Shown in pieces: positions 37,414 through 46,218 of a stretch of DNA of 64,000 nucleotides (position 1 is the first letter of the stretch; every line of letters starts with the position of its first letter). The notes below the pieces were generated by a model that had not been told where the DNA came from, ran no database searches, and was given only the letters and a program-made list of their open reading frames with translations. This DNA comes from Candidatus Woesearchaeota archaeon CG_4_10_14_0_2_um_filter_33_13 (GTDB taxonomy: Archaea > Nanobdellota > Nanobdellia > Woesearchaeales > GW2011-AR9), in contig PFNQ01000013.1 in NCBI GenBank assembly GCA_002792115.1, positions 7,236-71,235 of the forward strand. The letters run 5' to 3'. The position numbers and the translations under genes are program-made.

Positions 37414-37851
37414 TCATCTTAACCCCGTGCTGCCAAAACCGCCCCTATCAGAATTTTCTATTTCTTCAATCTCATTCCACATATCTCGTTCATACTTTAC
37501 TAAAAATGCGTTAGCAATCCTATCTCCGCGATTGATAGTTATGTTTTTATCAGTCATATTATACAGAGAGATTTTGATCTCATCTTTTGGTCCTCGATAA
37601 TCAGAATCAATCAATCCTATCCCATTAGCTAATATTAAACCGGGATAATTTTTTGCTAAACTGCTTCTCGCACTTATAATTAATCCTTGTCCGTGCGGAA
37701 TTTCCATAATTATATTACTTGGAGCTAAAGCCCAACCTTTTGCAGGTATGACTATTTCTTCTCTGCTATAAAGATCAAATGCCGCAGATCCGGAGGTTTT
37801 GTATTCTGGTAAGGGTAAAGTTTGATCAATCCTTTTAATCTTGATTGGCAT
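37414..37851 (-). CDS. dut: dUTP diphosphatase (trimeric dUTPase)
   Basis: 145 aa with GSAAFDL, GLIDSDYRG and the C-terminal RGGFGSTG motif. Confidence 0.88.
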   Translation of the reverse strand: MPIKIKRIDQTLPLPEYKTSGSAAFDLYSREEIVIPAKGWALAPSNIIMEIPHGQGLIISARSSLAKNYPGLILANGIGLIDSDYRGPKDEIKISLYNMTDKNITINRGDRIANAFLVKYERDMWNEIEEIENSDRGGFGSTGLR

Positions 37852-37866
37852 TTTATTGTTTCCGAT

Positions 37867-38601
37867 TCAAAATCTGCGACAGAATATTAAAAATCCCGTG
37901 TGGCCCAACATTTGGAATTCCGGACGCATAATCTTATCTTCAATTTTCCATTCTCTCTCTAAGATTTCTATAATTTGTAGAACTTTGATCCTGGTTTTAT
38001 TTGTTGAGTCAATAAAGGTTTTAACTTGTGTTAGGTTTGGAAGATATACTACTAAATGACCGCCTGTTTTTAATGATTTTTCCGCATGTTCTATAACTTG
38101 CCATGGTTCTGGTAGGTCTAAAGTCAATAAGTCAATATTTTTCTCTTTAATCCCTTTGTAAATATCCTCTTGTTTAAGTTTTAAATTTTTAACTCCAAAC
38201 ATCTCTATGTTTTTTCTAATAACATCAAGGTGTTCAGGATTAATTTCATAGACTATTATTTCTTTACATATATTTGCTAAAGAGAGACATAATGAACCAG
38301 AACCTCCACCGGCATCTACTACAAAAGTGGTTTTATTTATCCCAGTTTTAGCTATAATCAAACCAATGTCTTTTTGAATCATAACTTGCGGGCCCCGCTG
38401 TAATGATTCCCATAAGTCTGCAAAATTTGGTTCTAGTAACAAAAATCTCTTTCCTTTATTAGATATGATCACTTCTTTATCCGAGCGTAAATCCTCACTG
38501 GATATTACTCCAGAAGAGGTATGAAAATTATCTTCTAGCTCTTTAACAAAATATTTTTTGTAAGTTCTTTCTTCAATTAATATCTTTTTTATGTTACGCA
38601 T
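37867..38601 (-). CDS. trmI: tRNA (adenine-N1)-methyltransferase TrmI (GCD14 family)
   Basis: VVDAGGGSGSL SAM motif and LDLPEPW. The track ORF starts at TTG 38661. ATG 38601 is preferred because a GGAG SD lies about 8 nt upstream. Confidence 0.8.
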   Translation of the reverse strand: MRNIKKILIEERTYKKYFVKELEDNFHTSSGVISSEDLRSDKEVIISNKGKRFLLLEPNFADLWESLQRGPQVMIQKDIGLIIAKTGINKTTFVVDAGGGSGSLCLSLANICKEIIVYEINPEHLDVIRKNIEMFGVKNLKLKQEDIYKGIKEKNIDLLTLDLPEPWQVIEHAEKSLKTGGHLVVYLPNLTQVKTFIDSTNKTRIKVLQIIEILEREWKIEDKIMRPEFQMLGHTGFLIFCRRF

Positions 38602-38774
38602 TTTATTCTCCGAAAAGTCTAAACTATTTAAACCAATTAAACTAATATCAATTAAAAACAAAATAGTACTTTATATTATTTTTGCTCTTTTTCTAATCAT
38701 CGTCCATTAGTTTAAAAAGAAATAACAAATAAGAAAAGATAAGAAAAAACAAGAAAAGAAATGAGAATCTCCCG

Positions 38775-41700
38775 TTAACGTCTTTTTCTTTTTAAGGAAA
38801 CAATCAGGCCCATCAACACAGCAATAAATACTAATGCTACCATTATTGTTAATAATGATGTGTATGCAGTAGTATCCCTAAAAGAAGCTATTGTTTTCTG
38901 GCTTTGCACCTTCCTTACATCTAACTCATTTTGCAACTGCAAAGCTAACTGATCTTTGTTAACATATTGGTTAACCGCTTGTGTGGTTGAACTTTGTGCG
39001 TAACAATCTGTTAACTCTAATGTTACATCAGTACTATCTTCCAATATGTCATTATCCCTGTAAACCTTTACTGTAAGTGGATATGATCCCGCTTTAGCAT
39101 CTTCCAAATTAAGATTGAACGTGGCTTTGTAATCGTTGTCGCCACTGGAGTACTTTTCCAAGTCTATAGCAGTTTTACTCAAACTTAAGTCTAAAGCAGA
39201 GTTTTCTACAACAATCTTAACATCATCTTCATTACTCTTTCCAATATTCTCAACCATTACTTGCATAGTGGTTTGTCTTAAACATTGTAAAGTGCTAGAG
39301 GACAAGGAAGCAGAGTTGATGATAACTTGGTGTGTCTCTAAATCTACATCTACAGTTTTAATTTCTGTTGTAGTATGTGTAGACCCATCATCTGCTTCTC
39401 CTTCTATAGTTAGTTCTAATGTGTAAGTATCTTCATCAATGGTTTCTCCTTTAAGGTCAAAATCAACTGTAAAGGTTTCACTGTCTCCATCTCTAATATC
39501 ATTTTCATCAGATTCTTCTTCAAGGTCTTCTCCGTCAACATCTAGAATCTTAACCATCACAAACACATTATTAATGTCTTCACTATACTCATTGTTAACT
39601 TTAATTTCTATCTCATTTAGGTCTTGCAATGAAAGTTTTCCAGAGGATTTGCCATTAATCTTGATGTTATCAACTGTTAAGTAACTTTTTGGACTTAAGT
39701 AAATATCTTGCTCACTTGAATCCTCGTTGCTAGTAACATTTATTCTTCCAATCTGATGTTGTCCAGAATCTTCTCCTTCAGGAACGTAAAAGTTAAAGGT
39801 TAAGGAAAATTGTTGTCCTGCACTCAAACTTACTGGAACGCTTCCAGAAAAATTTGCTTTGTACTTGCTATTAATATCAAGTAGTTCTACTGATAATCCT
39901 GTTAATGATTGGTAAGTTCCAGTATTCTTAATAGTAACTTGAACACTTCCACTTTTTCCTTTATCAACGTTGCTTATAACGATCGGCGATATATCTATTG
40001 TAGCAGGTTGGTCTTCTACAACAAGATATGTAGAAAAACCTGTTACTGTAAAGATTATTTGTCCATTACTGTTATTGGTTATAACACAAATGGATTCTGG
40101 ACAAGTACTAAATTCGCTAGCATCATTATCAAACCCTTCTGCACGAAGAATCCTCGGGTTAGTAAATGATTTTTTTATAGTAATTGTTGCTGGAACATTT
40201 AATTCTGGTGCAGCATTATCACTAGTGTCGACTGAAACTTTATTAACATTAACCACAATAACTTCATCTATATTCAAGATTCCCGTCAAATCTAGATTGC
40301 CGTCAAAAACAATCTTTGCAAAGTTATTCTCAATTGTGAACTCATCTACACTTGCAGGATCTCTTATCTTACCATCAAAACTACCATTCCAATAACCTTC
40401 TGGAATTAATCCAGATTCTGAAACCGGTTCATCAGTGACGATATAAGTCCAAACTTGGGTATACTCTCCATTTATTTCCGCGTAAACCTCAAATTCACCA
40501 ACTTGATCAAATGGCAAGGGGTAATTTACTCCTTGGTAAACAGCTTCATCATTTACATACCACATTACTCTTTGATCAAAACCATCCTCTGCTAAAGTGA
40601 CACTTAATTCATCATCTGGTTGTCCTAACCCTATAATCCAGGTGTCTTCTTCTGGAGCATATGATAATAAACAATTATTTCTTTTTACTGTTGTTGACAA
40701 CACATTACTATATGTGGAATCGTCTCTGTACAACCCTTTAACATAAATAGTGTTATCTCCTTCACTTAAATCTTCAGTTTTTATCCATATTTTTATTAGT
40801 GCAGCAGTTGCTGAATCTATGGCTGGAACTTCTTTAACAATCTCTAAATCTCCTGATTGAATCAGCAATTTAAGATCGTCCTCTGTGTTTTTGCCAAGAT
40901 TGGTATACTCAATATTTAACCAAGCCCCTCCCCGACAAGTTAATTCTGATTGTCCTAAAGTTACGGCATTAATGATAATATCTGCGGCATCTTTGCTAAC
41001 TTCTAAATTAAAATTAAATAAATCCTTTCTCAGAATGGATGGATTTTGATAATCCTTACCAGTTATGATCAAATCAACGTTAAACACCTGCTCTACTGCT
41101 ACTAATGGTACATCAAAATCGATTGAAATAGTTTTTGTTTCTCCTGGATTTAAATTTGTGTTAAATTCATTTTCAACAACTGCACCATTTACATCCAATT
41201 TGTAAGCCAGTCCAGTTAACTTATAATTTAGGTGATTATTAACTTCAACACTAAGAGTTACATGGTCCAGTGGTTTTAACTCTTGGGCTAAATCTCCTGA
41301 ATTGACAGTTTCTCCATTTACTTTAAGAGATTTGATCTCCAGTGCGGGGGTAACAGATATATTAACTGTTTTTTGTACAACACCACCATAACTATCATCA
41401 ACAGAGATGGTGCAGCTTGCGTCCTTTTTCCAGTTTACACCTAACTTTAATTGTAATTGTTCATTTGTAATAACCTTACACAAAACTCCGCCCTTTTGGG
41501 AAATTTTTGTATAAATCAAATCGTCTCCGTCAGCATCAGAGAATAAGTCAGTAAGTTCTAGGATTATTAATTCATTATTTACTTCTGCTAAGTTCTGGGA
41601 TAGAATTGATCCAACAGGTTTTCTATTATTTGCAGAATTTTTTGTCGCTTCATTAGATATAATCCATTCTATATTGCCGTCATGGATACGAGAAATAAGT

Positions 41701-42119
41701 TCGTCTGTTAATAGAGTATCTGTGTGTGTTGCAATGGCTGCATGAGTGTAATCTCCGTAAGTAAGGGCGTCAATGAAACCAGACGGAGAATTCTTAAGAA
41801 CAATTTTGTCCCCAGAATCAGTTAGTTTATTATTTAATTCTAAAATTAGGTGACTATGTCCATTAATTTTTCCAGTAATGACGGTATCTCCTAAGTTGGT
41901 TCTAATAAATCCAGTACCTAAGGCATCATAATCAACAGAATCTACTCCGGTATTGTATAACTCGATCCATTCATTTCCTGTGCTTGGGTCAACCATTATT
42001 TCGTTAATGACCACGTCAGTATCCATACCTAATGCTGCTTTGGTTGTTAATATCAAAGCAACAATTACAAAAAGAATTGTTAGAATTTTAGTTTGTTTCA
42101 TTTTGTTTTTATACCTCAA
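38775..42119 (-). CDS. Large secreted surface protein with an N-terminal lamin-tail (LTD) domain, repeated beta-sandwich modules and a C-terminal TM anchor
   Basis: 1114 aa with a signal peptide (KILTILFVIVALILTTKAALG). The LTD motif is VVINEIMVDPSTGNEWIELYN. The C-terminus is LLTIMVALVFIAVLMGLIVSLKRKRR. Confidence 0.75.
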   Translation of the reverse strand: MRYKNKMKQTKILTILFVIVALILTTKAALGMDTDVVINEIMVDPSTGNEWIELYNTGVDSVDYDALGTGFIRTNLGDTVITGKINGHSHLILELNNKLTDSGDKIVLKNSPSGFIDALTYGDYTHAAIATHTDTLLTDELISRIHDGNIEWIISNEATKNSANNRKPVGSILSQNLAEVNNELIILELTDLFSDADGDDLIYTKISQKGGVLCKVITNEQLQLKLGVNWKKDASCTISVDDSYGGVVQKTVNISVTPALEIKSLKVNGETVNSGDLAQELKPLDHVTLSVEVNNHLNYKLTGLAYKLDVNGAVVENEFNTNLNPGETKTISIDFDVPLVAVEQVFNVDLIITGKDYQNPSILRKDLFNFNLEVSKDAADIIINAVTLGQSELTCRGGAWLNIEYTNLGKNTEDDLKLLIQSGDLEIVKEVPAIDSATAALIKIWIKTEDLSEGDNTIYVKGLYRDDSTYSNVLSTTVKRNNCLLSYAPEEDTWIIGLGQPDDELSVTLAEDGFDQRVMWYVNDEAVYQGVNYPLPFDQVGEFEVYAEINGEYTQVWTYIVTDEPVSESGLIPEGYWNGSFDGKIRDPASVDEFTIENNFAKIVFDGNLDLTGILNIDEVIVVNVNKVSVDTSDNAAPELNVPATITIKKSFTNPRILRAEGFDNDASEFSTCPESICVITNNSNGQIIFTVTGFSTYLVVEDQPATIDISPIVISNVDKGKSGSVQVTIKNTGTYQSLTGLSVELLDINSKYKANFSGSVPVSLSAGQQFSLTFNFYVPEGEDSGQHQIGRINVTSNEDSSEQDIYLSPKSYLTVDNIKINGKSSGKLSLQDLNEIEIKVNNEYSEDINNVFVMVKILDVDGEDLEEESDENDIRDGDSETFTVDFDLKGETIDEDTYTLELTIEGEADDGSTHTTTEIKTVDVDLETHQVIINSASLSSSTLQCLRQTTMQVMVENIGKSNEDDVKIVVENSALDLSLSKTAIDLEKYSSGDNDYKATFNLNLEDAKAGSYPLTVKVYRDNDILEDSTDVTLELTDCYAQSSTTQAVNQYVNKDQLALQLQNELDVRKVQSQKTIASFRDTTAYTSLLTIMVALVFIAVLMGLIVSLKRKRR

Positions 42120-42202
42120 GTTTGATGATTACACAAATCTCATGTTTAAACATCAATCACACAGAACAATCAAATAAAAAATAAAAAAGATTAACTTAAT
42201 AC

Positions 42203-43585
42203 TTATTTGAGTAACACCACCAAAAAGACAATAATCAATGCTACTACTAAAATAATTGCAATGATTATTGCTCCCACAAGGAAATCATTTGCGGAGTAAG
42301 AGTGTTCTGTGGTGGAAACAACAGTAGTTGAAGACGTTGGTTGATTACTCGTTGGGGTGTTTGTGTTACTTGCAGTAGTTTGATTCAACACTGTAACGAT
42401 AACTTCAGAGTCATCTGCAGTAGTTGGTGTGGTGGGGTTTATTGTTACTTGACATTTTCCAACATTTAAAGAAACTCTTTCATAATCAGCATTTTCATCT
42501 AAGTCAATGTAAGCGTTTATATCAAAATCGTATTTCCCCTCTTTAACTCCCACTAACGGAATGGTAACTGTTTTCTTCCAAGTGTTAACTTTATCACTAA
42601 ACTCGTTAATGACCAAGTTCTTAATGTTTTCATTAATTTTTAAAGCTTGGTTGTAAATAGCAACAGCAGCAGCTTTTTGATCATCAGTGCCATAGTTTGT
42701 TACTTCTACAGTTAAGAAAACTTCTTCATCACAAGTTGTAACTGTTTCAGGTTGAAATTCAGCTTTGACTATTCTTAAATCGTCTCTAACTCGATCGACT
42801 TCAATAGTTAAAGTCTTTTCAATCTTGTATTCTACATTTTTTTCATCTATTGCAACCAAAGTAATGTCTAATTCATACTTCCCTTCATCAACATCTTCAT
42901 CAGGTGTGAAAGAGATTTCAAATGAATCATCTGTATCTGCGTCTAAAGCATCTAAATCCCAAGAATCATCAATGTCCTGGCTCAGGTCATCATTATCATC
43001 AATAGTTAAAGTAATATCATCAAACGTTCCATATTTATATTTGTCATTAAATGAATTTGCGTATTTAAATGTGAATGTAATTTCTTCCCCAGCAAGAACT
43101 GTTTGATCTAAGTCCCAAGAACTTTCTTCATCATTACCATCAAACTTATCTGTTTCACTTCCATCTTCACTTTTGTAATCTACTTCTAATCTATCAAAGT
43201 CTAGCATCATGGCAGTGTTTTGTTCTAAACTAGCACTATCTGTATTGGCAGCATTACCTTTTTCTTCAACTTTTAAAGTCCCGATATTTTCAGTTCCTGC
43301 GTCTTTATCATGAGGAACCTTTATGGTATAAGAAACAGCCTGGGTGGAGTTGGCCGCAATAACAACTTCTTTTGTGTCTGCAACATATTTTGTGCTAGGT
43401 AAACCACTTGCTGAAACTACAATCGTTAAATTGCTTGCATCCGGATTGTTGACAGTAAAACTTGCTTGTCCTAAAACATAATCTTTATAATCACCATCAT
43501 CAAAATCCTGATAATCCACACTTAGATTAACTTTGTCTTCAACAATGTTCAAAGCAGAAACAACATTAACAACTAGTAAAAGCAT
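42203..43585 (-). CDS. Acidic secreted surface protein with a Thr/Ser/Pro/Asn-rich stalk and a C-terminal TM anchor
   Basis: 460 aa. The stalk is NPTTPTTADD..TNTPTSNQPTSSTTVVSTT, followed by the TM GAIIIAIILVVALIIVFLVVLLK. The N-terminus looks truncated (see finding). Confidence 0.7.
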   Translation of the reverse strand: MLLLVVNVVSALNIVEDKVNLSVDYQDFDDGDYKDYVLGQASFTVNNPDASNLTIVVSASGLPSTKYVADTKEVVIAANSTQAVSYTIKVPHDKDAGTENIGTLKVEEKGNAANTDSASLEQNTAMMLDFDRLEVDYKSEDGSETDKFDGNDEESSWDLDQTVLAGEEITFTFKYANSFNDKYKYGTFDDITLTIDDNDDLSQDIDDSWDLDALDADTDDSFEISFTPDEDVDEGKYELDITLVAIDEKNVEYKIEKTLTIEVDRVRDDLRIVKAEFQPETVTTCDEEVFLTVEVTNYGTDDQKAAAVAIYNQALKINENIKNLVINEFSDKVNTWKKTVTIPLVGVKEGKYDFDINAYIDLDENADYERVSLNVGKCQVTINPTTPTTADDSEVIVTVLNQTTASNTNTPTSNQPTSSTTVVSTTEHSYSANDFLVGAIIIAIILVVALIIVFLVVLLK

Positions 43586-43762
43586 TAATATTCCTAATAA
43601 TATTTTAGTTTTAATTTTAACCCACCCCAGATAGTTTTTATTATTGAGTAGTCAATTTGTTTTTTAAAGATTTATATACTACAGAATATAGTTTAAAGTT
43701 TATCTGGGTTTTCGTCAATAAATAGTGACTAAAACTATAAAAAAGAAAAAAGGGGGAGTGAT

Positions 43763-44278
43763 TTATTTATGTCCCATGTAAAAGAACTTTTCTATTGACA
43801 CATCAGAATCTACATAATTCCCTGATCTTGGGTGGGAACCATCTTGTTTTTGGGCTGCTCCTTGAGTTACCTGAGATTGTGCAGGCTGGGATTGTGTTTT
43901 AAGTTCTCCAGTGTTAATATCTCTGGCTGGGCCGGTAGCATATGGTCTATTCTTAAGATTAGTAATGTCTTTTTCTAAAGATTCAATTTTATCTTGAAAT
44001 TCCTTAAATTTTTTAATCACAAAAGCAGTATTTTTCTCTAGAATATCTTTGATTTGGTCTTGTGATAAATTATTCATGCCGGCCGGGTGGGGATTATCTA
44101 TAGTAGGAACTTCTTCCATTCTTTGTCTAATTTGTGCATAATCGTCTACATCTCTATTTCGAAAAATTGTTTCTGCTTTAGCAACGGCTTCTTCTCTGTC
44201 AGCGGCTAAACCTTGTCGCATTAAGTCTAGAGCAAGATTATTTACTTTTTGAATTCTTTCTACATCCATATTAATCAA
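43763..44278 (-). CDS. Hypothetical protein (predicted helical/coiled-coil)
   Basis: 171-aa ORF with no recognisable motif and coding-like composition. Confidence 0.5.
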   Translation of the reverse strand: MINMDVERIQKVNNLALDLMRQGLAADREEAVAKAETIFRNRDVDDYAQIRQRMEEVPTIDNPHPAGMNNLSQDQIKDILEKNTAFVIKKFKEFQDKIESLEKDITNLKNRPYATGPARDINTGELKTQSQPAQSQVTQGAAQKQDGSHPRSGNYVDSDVSIEKFFYMGHK

Positions 44279-44390
44279 CCTCTCTTTTGATGGTCAAACT
44301 TAACAAGAAGTTAGTTATAACGTTTTCTATTCTAGTAGATATAGTTAGTACTACTTAGACAAAATAAAAGTTAAAAGAATTAGTTTAATT

Positions 44391-44534
44391 TTATCCACAT
44401 ACAGCAGGTATCTTAAATGGAATAATGCCTTTTGTTCCCAAAAACACTAAAACAAAAGCAATAATTATACCAATAAGCAGACCAACTATAAAATATTTGA
44501 GTTCAATAATCCCTAATTGTCCTCTTTTTTGCAT
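44391..44534 (-). CDS. Small membrane protein (47 aa) with a prepilin-like N-terminus
   Basis: My own translation gives MQKRGQLGIIELKYFIVGLLIGIIIAFVLVFLGTKGIIPFKIPAVCG*. It is below the track size cut-off. TTTATATA lies 24 nt upstream of the ATG. Confidence 0.45.
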   Translation of the reverse strand: MQKRGQLGIIELKYFIVGLLIGIIIAFVLVFLGTKGIIPFKIPAVCG

Positions 44535-44557
44535 AGTCTAAAAGCATTCCTTTTGAG

Positions 44558-44565
44558 TATATAAA
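44558..44565 (-). promoter_or_regulatory. TATA box for the 47-aa micro-ORF
   Basis: The minus strand reads AAACATTTATATA. It lies 24 nt upstream of ATG 44534 and is the mirror image of the box at 44596. Confidence 0.45.
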
Positions 44566-44595
44566 TGTTTCCTTTGCTTGTCTTAAAGCAAAACA

Positions 44596-44603
44596 TTTAT
44601 AAA
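44596..44603 (+). promoter_or_regulatory. TATA box (AAACATTTATAAA) upstream of tfb
   Basis: 69 nt upstream of the tfb ATG, which has its own GGAGG SD. It forms an inverted repeat with 44558-44570. Confidence 0.45.
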
Positions 44604-44671
44604 CTATGAGCTTGGTTAGTATTTAAACTTAACTATTAGGTAGTGGTTCTTATGGTTAGGAGGTTTTCAAG

Positions 44672-45592
44672 ATGATAAGAAAAACCTTAAAGGAATGTCC
44701 GGAATGTGCAAGCAAGAATATTTATCGTGATCAAGATAAAGGGGAAACCATTTGTCGGGATTGTGGATTAGTTATTGAAGATAGGATGGTTGACTTTTCT
44801 CAAGAATGGAGAGAATTTGACGATGATGGTGCCAGTAAAAGAAGGACTGGTGCACCGACCTCCGAAACGTCTTTTGATCGTGGTTTAGGCACCGAGGTGG
44901 GAAGTACTTCTGATTTTTATAAGTTAGGTTCTGAAAGAGAAAGAGATAGATTCTTTAGATTAAGAAAATGGAACATTAGAATTAGTACCGCTATTGAAAG
45001 AAACTTGAAAGTTGCCTTGGCTGAGCTCAAAAGAGTGAGTTCGTTTTTAAAATTACCTAAATCAGTTGAAGAAGAAGCAGCAAGAATTTATCGCTTGGCT
45101 GTACAGAAAGGATTAGTTCGTGGAAGAAGTATGGAATCTGTTGTGGCTGGAGCGTTGTATGCTGCTTGCAGAAGACACGAAGTTCCTAGAACTTTAGATG
45201 AGATGGGTGAAGCTTCAGGTATTGAAAAGAAGGAAATTGGTAGAACCTATCGTTTTGTTACTAGAGAACTTGAGATTAGTATCAAACCAAGTAATCCTGC
45301 TGATTATATTCCAAGATTTGCTTCTGCTTTGAAATTAAGTCCAGAAACTCAATCAAAGTCTGTCGAGATTCTTGAACAAGCAAGAGATATTGAGCTGACT
45401 TCAGGAAGAGGACCAACTGGAATTGCTGCTGCTGCTCTTTACGTAGCTTCTTTAATCCATGGTGAGAAAAGAACTCAAAGAGAAGTTGCTGACGTAGCTG
45501 GAGTAACGGAAGTTACTATCAGAAATCGTTACAAGGAACTGATTAAGAAACTTAAACTTGGCAAGGACGTTGAGAAAAGCAAGAAGAAATAA
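44672..45592 (+). CDS. tfb: Transcription initiation factor IIB (TFB)
   Basis: Zinc ribbon CPECAS..CRDCGLVIED followed by two cyclin-like repeats. 306 aa. GGAGG SD lies upstream. Confidence 0.95.
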   Translation: MIRKTLKECPECASKNIYRDQDKGETICRDCGLVIEDRMVDFSQEWREFDDDGASKRRTGAPTSETSFDRGLGTEVGSTSDFYKLGSERERDRFFRLRKWNIRISTAIERNLKVALAELKRVSSFLKLPKSVEEEAARIYRLAVQKGLVRGRSMESVVAGALYAACRRHEVPRTLDEMGEASGIEKKEIGRTYRFVTRELEISIKPSNPADYIPRFASALKLSPETQSKSVEILEQARDIELTSGRGPTGIAAAALYVASLIHGEKRTQREVADVAGVTEVTIRNRYKELIKKLKLGKDVEKSKKK

Positions 45593-45649
45593 ATTTTATT
45601 TTTTAAGTTCTGGTTTTGATTGGTGTTTATAGGAAAGACCGTTTGTAAT

Positions 45650-46192
45650 ATGAGACTAGAAGATTTATTGTCAGAAAAAGAATTAATGCTAAATGAATTT
45701 ATGGATAGATTTGGCAATGCCGTTGCGGGTTTGGTTTCCCACACAGAATTCTTACTGGTCGCGACAGGTAATGGAGAAGTCATTGTCCCCTCTTATAGAC
45801 TGCCTGATTACGCAAATTATGCCCCCTGGTTTAAAGTAGAAAAAATAACGGATTTATTAACAGAATATGCTGTACTTAAAGGTATTGTTGACTACCAATA
45901 TAAAGAAAAAAACCAACATAGCAAACATTTTCAATGGGTTAAGAGTTTGGTTGATCAAATCTCAGAACCATTAGTATCCTTAAGACAATGCTCTGAGATT
46001 ACTCCAGAAACAGCAGCAGTCTTAAGACTAAATGAATTGGGGGCAGAAGTAAAGCAATTGTATGGCTTACTATTAGAAGTGAACCGAGCCATAGAATTAT
46101 ATTACACAGTAGTTTCTCAGGATGTTGGAAGAGCTCATTTTTTAGATAAACATCCAGATGTTGCTGTAAGATATGGAAAACGAAAAGTATAA
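45650..46192 (+). CDS. Hypothetical protein
   Basis: The track ORF starts at TTG 45620. The first ATG is 45650 (MRLEDLLSEKE..). No recognisable motif. Confidence 0.5.
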   Translation: MRLEDLLSEKELMLNEFMDRFGNAVAGLVSHTEFLLVATGNGEVIVPSYRLPDYANYAPWFKVEKITDLLTEYAVLKGIVDYQYKEKNQHSKHFQWVKSLVDQISEPLVSLRQCSEITPETAAVLRLNELGAEVKQLYGLLLEVNRAIELYYTVVSQDVGRAHFLDKHPDVAVRYGKRKV

Positions 46193-46218
46193 ATTTTACT
46201 ACAAAACTTAAAGTAAAA

